Shown piece by piece: positions 57,984 to 64,000 of a stretch of 64,000 nucleotides of DNA. Position 1 is the first letter of the stretch. Each line of letters opens with the position of its first letter. The stretch comes from a candidate division FCPU426 bacterium (GTDB lineage Bacteria; Oederibacteriota; Muellerivitia; Muellerivitales; Muellerivitaceae), in the NCBI GenBank assembly GCA_963719085.1, contig CAVRAL010000001.1, positions 1,280,001 to 1,344,000 on the forward strand, given 5' to 3'. Below the pieces are notes generated by a model that saw only the letters and a program-made list of their open reading frames with translations, ran no database searches and had not been told where the DNA came from. Position numbers and translations under genes: made by a program.

Positions 57984-60900
57984 TCAAGCCGTTGTAGGCT
58001 GTGGTTCTTGCGCCTTAGAAGCGGCCTTTTGCATCTTCAATTTCTTCACCGAGAAACGGGACACGGCGTTCTTCGTAATGCTCTTGGCCGACAGCTTATA
58101 TAAATATTCCCCTTCGGCTTTGCCCGTGGCGTCCCAAACGCTGACGGCGTAGGCGCCGCCTTCCCGGCGTTCCTCGATCTTGTCGATCAATCCCCCGGTG
58201 GAATCAAACACTTCCAAGGTGACCTGGCAGTCTTCCTTCAAGAAATAATAAAAGCGGATCGGACCGGGAACTGGCGGGATGGGGAAAAAGCCCATGTCTT
58301 CCACGAATAAATGCGCCTTGCCGTTTTCTTCCGGCTCGAGGGCGATATCTTTCAAACGTAAGACCGGGAATTGGTCGCTGTGCAGGCGGATTTCGTATTT
58401 GCCTTCGGGCATGTTGGAAAAGTAAAAGGCTCCCTTCACATCGGTCACCGCCGTGGCCACCACCTGGTCATTCTTGGCCAGCTCAATTTTGGTTCCTGAA
58501 ACCGGGGTGGCGGCGTCTTTTCGGAAAAAGCGGCCGTTCAATTGGCTGAGTTTGCGGATGATGATCTTTCGATGGGCGGTGAGGGGCGCGGGTTTGCCCT
58601 TGGCATCCACCGCGGCCACATGGAAATACCAGGTGCCTTCGGGGATGTCTTTTAACTCAATGTTGCTTTCCGAGGTGAACACGTCATCGGCGGTGAGCTT
58701 GTCATCTTCCTGACGGCTGAGCTTGTAGATATAGCCAATCGCCTCATATTTGACGTCGGTGTTCGAGCGCAAATGAAAGATCGGGTTAAAAATCGGCGTC
58801 GCTTCGTCTTCTTTGGGATGGGTGGGACTTTCCACCAAAGGCGGTGGAATTTGACTGCCCGCGACCCGCACCGCCAAATGATTGGGGTCCGAGACATTCC
58901 CGGCCCCGTCCCGGCAAACCACATGCAGGTACCAGGTGCCCGGCTCGCCGGCTAAGGCCGTAAAGCCCGATTCAGTGGTGCGGACGACGGTGGAAAGGTC
59001 GGGGATCGTTTTGGCCGATCGGTCGAATACGTAGTAAAAGGCCTCGAACCCTGAAAGTTTCGGGCGGGGCGCCAATTGGAAATAAACCTTGCTGGCCTGA
59101 TACCAACGGCTCTCATCGGGGTGGCTGGTGGAAACGACTTCCGGCGGCGCCGGCCGTTCCAGGTCCACCTTCATACGGTAATGGGCCGGTTCGCTGAAAT
59201 TGCCCGCCCGGTCCCGGGCGACCAAATGGAAATACCAAATCCCGCTCTTGAGATTGCTTAAAGACGCCCGCAATTCTTCCGTGCCCGTGGCCTTGCCGGG
59301 CTCGGGCTTGGTCGTGGGATGCTCATCCAACAAATGGTAATAACCCGCGATGCCGGTGGCGTCCGAGGGGGCTTTCCAAATTAAAAGCGGCGCGGCGTTG
59401 GTGCTCCATTGATCCGGCGGATGGGTGGGGCTGGTAATTTCGGGGGCGTCCACGCCGTGGTCCGACAGGGCCGCGGCGGTTTGGTTGTCCTCGTGCTGTT
59501 CATTGCCCATCTTATCCACGGCCTGGGCGCAGTAATAATAGGCGGTGTTTTCGCGAAGGCCCGTTCCCTTGTCCATGAAACCCGGTTCCTTCACTTCCCC
59601 GTCGATGGAGATTTTTTGCTTTTTCTCGCCCTCGACCCAGCGGTAAACCCGGTAATAGGCGGTGCCCGAAACCCGGTCATTGACCGGATCCCACTTGAGC
59701 TCGATATCCCCATGGGGTCGCGACAAGGCCTTGAGGCTGACCACCGGCGGGGGGGGTGAAATATCCAGCGTCACGCTGGCCATCTCCACCGACGGGAAAG
59801 GTTCCACGTTGCCCACCTTGTCCTTGGCCCGGCAGCGGAAAGCGAAGCGCTGGCCGTCTTGGCCCTGGTAGCTGGCGCCCCTTTCATAAGTGTCCACCAG
59901 CCAATCGGTCCAAGCGCCGTTGGGGCCCGCCTTCACTTGCACATCAAAACAAGCCACGTCGCTTCCGGCGTCCACGGCTTCCCAGGTCACCGGGATTTGG
60001 GTGCGATCGAGGAATAAGGGCAAGGGATTGAGTTTTGATTTCGGCGCCGTAGTATCGATAAAGACCGGGTAATGGGCGGCTTCCCGGCTGAGATTGCCCA
60101 CCTTGTCTTTGGTAGTGATGTGGAAATACCATTTGCCGTCTTTGAGCGCGGGCGCCTGGAACTGGTTGGCCTTGACCCATTGGCCGTTTTCAGGCGTGGG
60201 GATGGTTCCCGGATGGCCGTCGATTAAAAGGTAATAACCGTCAACGCCCGATAGCTCGGCCGGGTCTTCCCAGGTGAATTGCGGAGTCTGGCTTTTCACC
60301 CAGTGATGGGCCGGATGGGTGGCGCTTTTCACCAGCGGCGGCTTGGCGGAAGAATCGACTTGGATTTTAAGACGCCCCGCCTCGCCAAAGTTGCCCGCCT
60401 TGTCCTTGGCCGACACATGGGCGTACCAAACCCCGTCGTCGGGCAGTGTAAAAACCGTATGGGTTCCGGTGATCCAGGTCATTTTTTCCGCCAGCGGTTT
60501 CCAATGCTCTTCGGAATTCACGGCGAAGTAATAGCCTTCGATACCGGATAGATCGACGGGTTCTTTCCAGAATAACTCCACCCGCCGGGCGACCATCCAG
60601 CCTTCGGGATTGGGATGCGTGGGAGACGTCAAAACCGGCGCGGCCACATGGGTATCGACCTTGATCCGGTACCGGGCCGGTTCAGGCGAGGTGTTGCCCG
60701 CGGCGTCCTGACAGATGACGGACAGGATATGGATGCCATCCCGGGGAACGTCGATTTCCAGATCCGTGGATTCTAAAAAGGCCGAGCTTTTGGGATCGGG
60801 CGTTACCTTTTCATCTTCCGAGAAGGTGTAGTAATAACCGGTGATCCCCGAAGGATCCGCCGGGGGATGGAACTTGAACTGGGCCTTGGATTTCGAAACC

Positions 60901-63572
60901 CAGTGCTTCTCGTCCGGATGCGACGAGGAGGTGATCTGGGGCTTGTCGGCGTGGGTATCCACCCGCAGGGCGTAGTGGGCGGCCTTGTGGTCGATATTGC
61001 CGGCCTTGTCTTTGGTGGCCACGTGAAAGTACCACTGGCCGTCCCCCGCGATTTCCAAGGTGAGCGTCCTTTTATCGGTGAAGGTGCCGGTCTTGTCATT
61101 GGGCACGCTGTCGTTTTTTTGGTTCAGCGTATAGAAATAACCTTCCACGCCCGAATCATCCAACGGGTCTTCCCAGTGAAGCGTCACTTTTTTCTCGGCG
61201 TACCAGCGCTGGGGTTCCGGATGGGTGGGGGATGAGACCAAAGGCGGCTGGGCCTTGGTATCCACGCAGACTTTGTAATGGGCGGCCTGGTTGGAAAGAT
61301 TCCCGGCCTTATCTTTGGTGCGAACGTGCAAGAACCACTGGCCGTCCTCGATGTCGGGCACGGTAAAGCTGGTTTTGGTCGTCCATTCGGAAGTTTCCGG
61401 ATGCGGCAAGGTGGAAGGGTCTTGGTCCACCGTAAAGTAATAGCCGTCCACACCCGATAACTCTCGCGGCTCCGCCAGCTCGATCTGCATGTCCTTCGCC
61501 TTATACCACTCCCCTTCTTTGGGGTGGGTGGAGGAGCTGATTCCCGGCGGCAAGGCCTTGGTGTCGATCCGGATGGCGAAATGCGCCGCGTTGGGGCCTA
61601 AGTTCCCCGCCTTATCCTGGGTGGACACATGGACGTACCAAAGGCCGTCTTCCAAGGGGCCCAGCGTCTGGCGGTTGGACTCCGTAAAATCACCCGCGGT
61701 CAATCCCGGAACCGTTCCCGGCTCGTGGTCGACCTTCACGAAATAACCCTTCACGCCCGAAAGATCTTCCGGCGCTTCCCAGGCCACCACGGGTGTGGGA
61801 TTGGGCGTCCAGACTTCGGATTTTTTGTGGGTTTCGCTTCCTAGATGGAGCGGCGGCAGGGCTTCGGTGTCGATCTGCGCCTTATAGTGGGTGGCTTCCG
61901 TGCCGATATTCCCCGCCTCATCCACGCCCGCCACGTGAAAATACCAAACGCCTTGGGAAGCCACCGGCAGCACCAAACGGCGCTCCGGGGTGTAAATGGC
62001 GTCCGGTGGAACGGGAAGGGTTTCGGGATAACGGTTTAATTTGTAGTAAAAACCGGCCAGGGGCACCGGAGCCTGGAGCTCGATTTCAATTTGATTCTTT
62101 TTTTGCCATTCCCCCTGTTTGGGGTGGCTGGGAGAGACGACCTTGGGCGGCAAGGCGGGTTTGGTTTTAAAAAAATCTTGCGACGCCGATTCCCGGGAAG
62201 AAGAGCGAAAAGCGCTCACGACCCGGTAGGCATACTGGGTATCGGCTTTTAAATTGGTGAGGCGGACCTTGTGGCTTAAAACCGGGGCCTTGTCGAGAAC
62301 CGCTAAGGAATAATCCGGCGCGCCCCCATCACCTTCAGGGACGATGCCGTAATAAACCTCCGAAGTGGCCGGAATATCGGTTTCCCAAGTCAGGGTCGCG
62401 CGGCAAGAAGTCAGGTCTTCCAGCTTCACGTCTTTCACTTCGGGCATTCGGGCCATATCAAAAGTGGAGCGCAATAAACTGCCGCCATTTTCGGTGCAGG
62501 CGTAAAGATAATCCCCGAACAAGGCGAAGGACCGAACCCCTTCCACATCGCCCGCGAAAGCCGTGGTCCAGTTTTGGCCGTCTTGGGATTTGAGGATGCG
62601 GCCCGAATTGCCGGTTCCGGCGAAAAGGGTATTCTCGAAAACTTCCAGTCCGTAGATATTTAATTCCCGGGCGCTCTCATAAACCCGCTCCCAATCCTTG
62701 CCGTTCTCCGTGCGGTAAAGCGTAATGCCCTTGCCGCCGGAAGCCCCGGCGTAAAGAAAACCGTTAAATTCCTTGAAGGACTGGATGAAATTTTGGCCGG
62801 TGGCCGAGCATTCTTCCCAGTGAACGCCGTCCTCGGTGGAAAAGAGAATGCCGCTGGGGTAGGTGCCCGCGTAAAGTTTTCCTTTAAAGACGCCCATGGC
62901 CGTGACCGCCACTTCGCTGAGCGAAGCCAAATGGTTCCATTGGGTGCCGTCAAAAGCGTAGACCCGGCCTTCGGAGCTGGTGCCGGCGTAAAGGCGGTTT
63001 TTGAATTCGCATAGGGCGTGGACCCGGTCCTCGCCGGTGGAAAAGGCATCCTTCCAAGTTTCCCCATCGGCGCTTTGGTAAATGGCTCCGTTGAGATTGG
63101 TTCCGGCGAAAAGGGAAACTTCCTTGCCCGGGGGGGCGTAGGTCGCCAGGCAATAAATTTGGGTGACATAGTCCCCTTCGCCCTCAGAGCCCGGCTGGGG
63201 ATTAAAAAATTTGGAGTTGCTGTTGGTGACGACATGGGCTTTCCAGGAGCCCGGCGCGCCGCTGCCGGACAAAAGCACCTTATCCCGGTTGGTGGCGGCC
63301 ACCAGCTTGCCCTTATATTCTAAAAGATCGTAAAAAATCGGGATTTCGGGAAAAGACTCGCTGGAAGAGAAAAAAGCCGGGGCCGCCGAGGCGAAATAAA
63401 GGTCGATGGCGTTCTTCAGTTTTTCCAGGGCGTCCTTGGCGTTTTTGCCCTGGGCCTGACAGCCGGGCAAAAGCGGGCAGCGGGCCACCACTTGGCCATG
63501 GGCCCGGGTTTCCAATTCCACCGGGAAATCGTAAGGAAAGGTCTTTTGGGCTGGGTGCTTTTCTTTTTTCAA
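57984..63572 (-). CDS. 1862-aa multidomain protein: HicB-like N-domain, Asp-box beta-propeller, Fn3, ten ~100-aa Ig-like repeats, carboxypeptidase-regulatory-like domain and FlgD-like C-terminus
   Basis: ARCPLLPGCQAQG..EKLKNAI; SxDGxxW repeats; SxTHP...GxWYFHV..DKAGN repeats; LEVFDSTG...WDA..AEGEYLY. Confidence 0.85.
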   Translation of the reverse strand: MKKEKHPAQKTFPYDFPVELETRAHGQVVARCPLLPGCQAQGKNAKDALEKLKNAIDLYFASAAPAFFSSSESFPEIPIFYDLLEYKGKLVAATNRDKVLLSGSGAPGSWKAHVVTNSNSKFFNPQPGSEGEGDYVTQIYCLATYAPPGKEVSLFAGTNLNGAIYQSADGETWKDAFSTGEDRVHALCEFKNRLYAGTSSEGRVYAFDGTQWNHLASLSEVAVTAMGVFKGKLYAGTYPSGILFSTEDGVHWEECSATGQNFIQSFKEFNGFLYAGASGGKGITLYRTENGKDWERVYESARELNIYGLEVFENTLFAGTGNSGRILKSQDGQNWTTAFAGDVEGVRSFALFGDYLYACTENGGSLLRSTFDMARMPEVKDVKLEDLTSCRATLTWETDIPATSEVYYGIVPEGDGGAPDYSLAVLDKAPVLSHKVRLTNLKADTQYAYRVVSAFRSSSRESASQDFFKTKPALPPKVVSPSHPKQGEWQKKNQIEIELQAPVPLAGFYYKLNRYPETLPVPPDAIYTPERRLVLPVASQGVWYFHVAGVDEAGNIGTEATHYKAQIDTEALPPLHLGSETHKKSEVWTPNPTPVVAWEAPEDLSGVKGYFVKVDHEPGTVPGLTAGDFTESNRQTLGPLEDGLWYVHVSTQDKAGNLGPNAAHFAIRIDTKALPPGISSSTHPKEGEWYKAKDMQIELAEPRELSGVDGYYFTVDQDPSTLPHPETSEWTTKTSFTVPDIEDGQWFLHVRTKDKAGNLSNQAAHYKVCVDTKAQPPLVSSPTHPEPQRWYAEKKVTLHWEDPLDDSGVEGYFYTLNQKNDSVPNDKTGTFTDKRTLTLEIAGDGQWYFHVATKDKAGNIDHKAAHYALRVDTHADKPQITSSSHPDEKHWVSKSKAQFKFHPPADPSGITGYYYTFSEDEKVTPDPKSSAFLESTDLEIDVPRDGIHILSVICQDAAGNTSPEPARYRIKVDTHVAAPVLTSPTHPNPEGWMVARRVELFWKEPVDLSGIEGYYFAVNSEEHWKPLAEKMTWITGTHTVFTLPDDGVWYAHVSAKDKAGNFGEAGRLKIQVDSSAKPPLVKSATHPAHHWVKSQTPQFTWEDPAELSGVDGYYLLIDGHPGTIPTPENGQWVKANQFQAPALKDGKWYFHITTKDKVGNLSREAAHYPVFIDTTAPKSKLNPLPLFLDRTQIPVTWEAVDAGSDVACFDVQVKAGPNGAWTDWLVDTYERGASYQGQDGQRFAFRCRAKDKVGNVEPFPSVEMASVTLDISPPPPVVSLKALSRPHGDIELKWDPVNDRVSGTAYYRVYRWVEGEKKQKISIDGEVKEPGFMDKGTGLRENTAYYYCAQAVDKMGNEQHEDNQTAAALSDHGVDAPEITSPTHPPDQWSTNAAPLLIWKAPSDATGIAGYYHLLDEHPTTKPEPGKATGTEELRASLSNLKSGIWYFHLVARDRAGNFSEPAHYRMKVDLERPAPPEVVSTSHPDESRWYQASKVYFQLAPRPKLSGFEAFYYVFDRSAKTIPDLSTVVRTTESGFTALAGEPGTWYLHVVCRDGAGNVSDPNHLAVRVAGSQIPPPLVESPTHPKEDEATPIFNPIFHLRSNTDVKYEAIGYIYKLSRQEDDKLTADDVFTSESNIELKDIPEGTWYFHVAAVDAKGKPAPLTAHRKIIIRKLSQLNGRFFRKDAATPVSGTKIELAKNDQVVATAVTDVKGAFYFSNMPEGKYEIRLHSDQFPVLRLKDIALEPEENGKAHLFVEDMGFFPIPPVPGPIRFYYFLKEDCQVTLEVFDSTGGLIDKIEERREGGAYAVSVWDATGKAEGEYLYKLSAKSITKNAVSRFSVKKLKMQKAASKAQEPQPTTA

Positions 63573-63791
63573 TCGCCGTTCCGCAAGTGGGGTCAGCCCG
63601 GGAAGAAGAGCCGGGGAGGGCTATTTTAAACAAACCCAGGCCAAAACCGAAGTAAAACCATTTCACCGCCAAGACGCCCCGCCAGCCTATTTCAGGCTAA
63701 CCACCGCTGGACAGTGCCGCCCTTGGGCTTGGGCGGTGAAAACTGTGTTGTCTGTGATTTGTTTGAGGATTCCAGCCCTATTCGCCGCGCT

Positions 63792-63998
63792 TTACCGCAA
63801 GAGGACGATTTTGGCCTCGCGGATCCGCAAGGGTTCGGTCTCGTAAAGGATATAAACACCGCTGGCGCAGTTTTGCTTGAGGTAGTTTTGGCCGTACCAG
63901 AGATAAGAATGAAAAGTGCCGTCCGAAGGCTCTCCCATCCCCAAATCAACGATAAATTCCCCCGCGGAGTTATAAATTTTCAAGCCGTGCTGGCCGGC
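63792..63998 (-). CDS. C-terminal FlgD-Ig-like domain of a protein starting beyond the right edge
   Basis: LKIYNSAGE...WYGQN....ASGVY; frame open to the window end. Confidence 0.7.
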   Translation of the reverse strand, partial: AGQHGLKIYNSAGEFIVDLGMGEPSDGTFHSYLWYGQNYLKQNCASGVYILYETEPLRIREAKIVLLR

Positions 63999-64000
63999 GA

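Overview
Bacterial, probably diderm (TonB system, porins), GC-rich chromosomal window with five zones. (1) 1-7.7 kb: an operon for a TonB-dependent receptor, ExbB, ExbD, TonB and an AcpA-type acid phosphatase, divergent from a CusRS-like two-component system. (2) 7.7-35 kb: a likely low-oxygen/redox adaptation cluster with phosphoketolase-acetate kinase, cydAB, hemerythrin, c-di-GMP enzymes, kinases, an NtrC-type activator and a Crp/Fnr regulator. Its wiring can be read from the DNA: two sigma54 promoters with matching enhancer palindromes at 60-61 bp, and seven to eight TATGA-N6-TCATA boxes. (3) 35-40 kb: MFS efflux, HxlR, Rrf2 and SDR genes. (4) 40.4-52.7 kb: AT-rich DNA at a tRNA-Asp(GTC) gene, including a ~10.9 kb integrative element bounded by 46-bp att repeats. 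Its cargo is a candidate undescribed defence operon (M.PvuII-like methyltransferase, MORC/GHKL ATPase, SF2 helicase, PD-(D/E)xK-like nuclease, HNH nuclease) plus a wHTH + TIR/NDT-like gene pair. (5) 52.7-64 kb: accessory genes (K-channel-like protein, frameshifted SDR with TetR, TPR protein, BrnTA) separated by a 28-bp palindromic repeat, then a 1862-aa protein with a HicB-like domain fused to Ig-like repeats. All family calls come from motif recognition by eye; no database searches were run.
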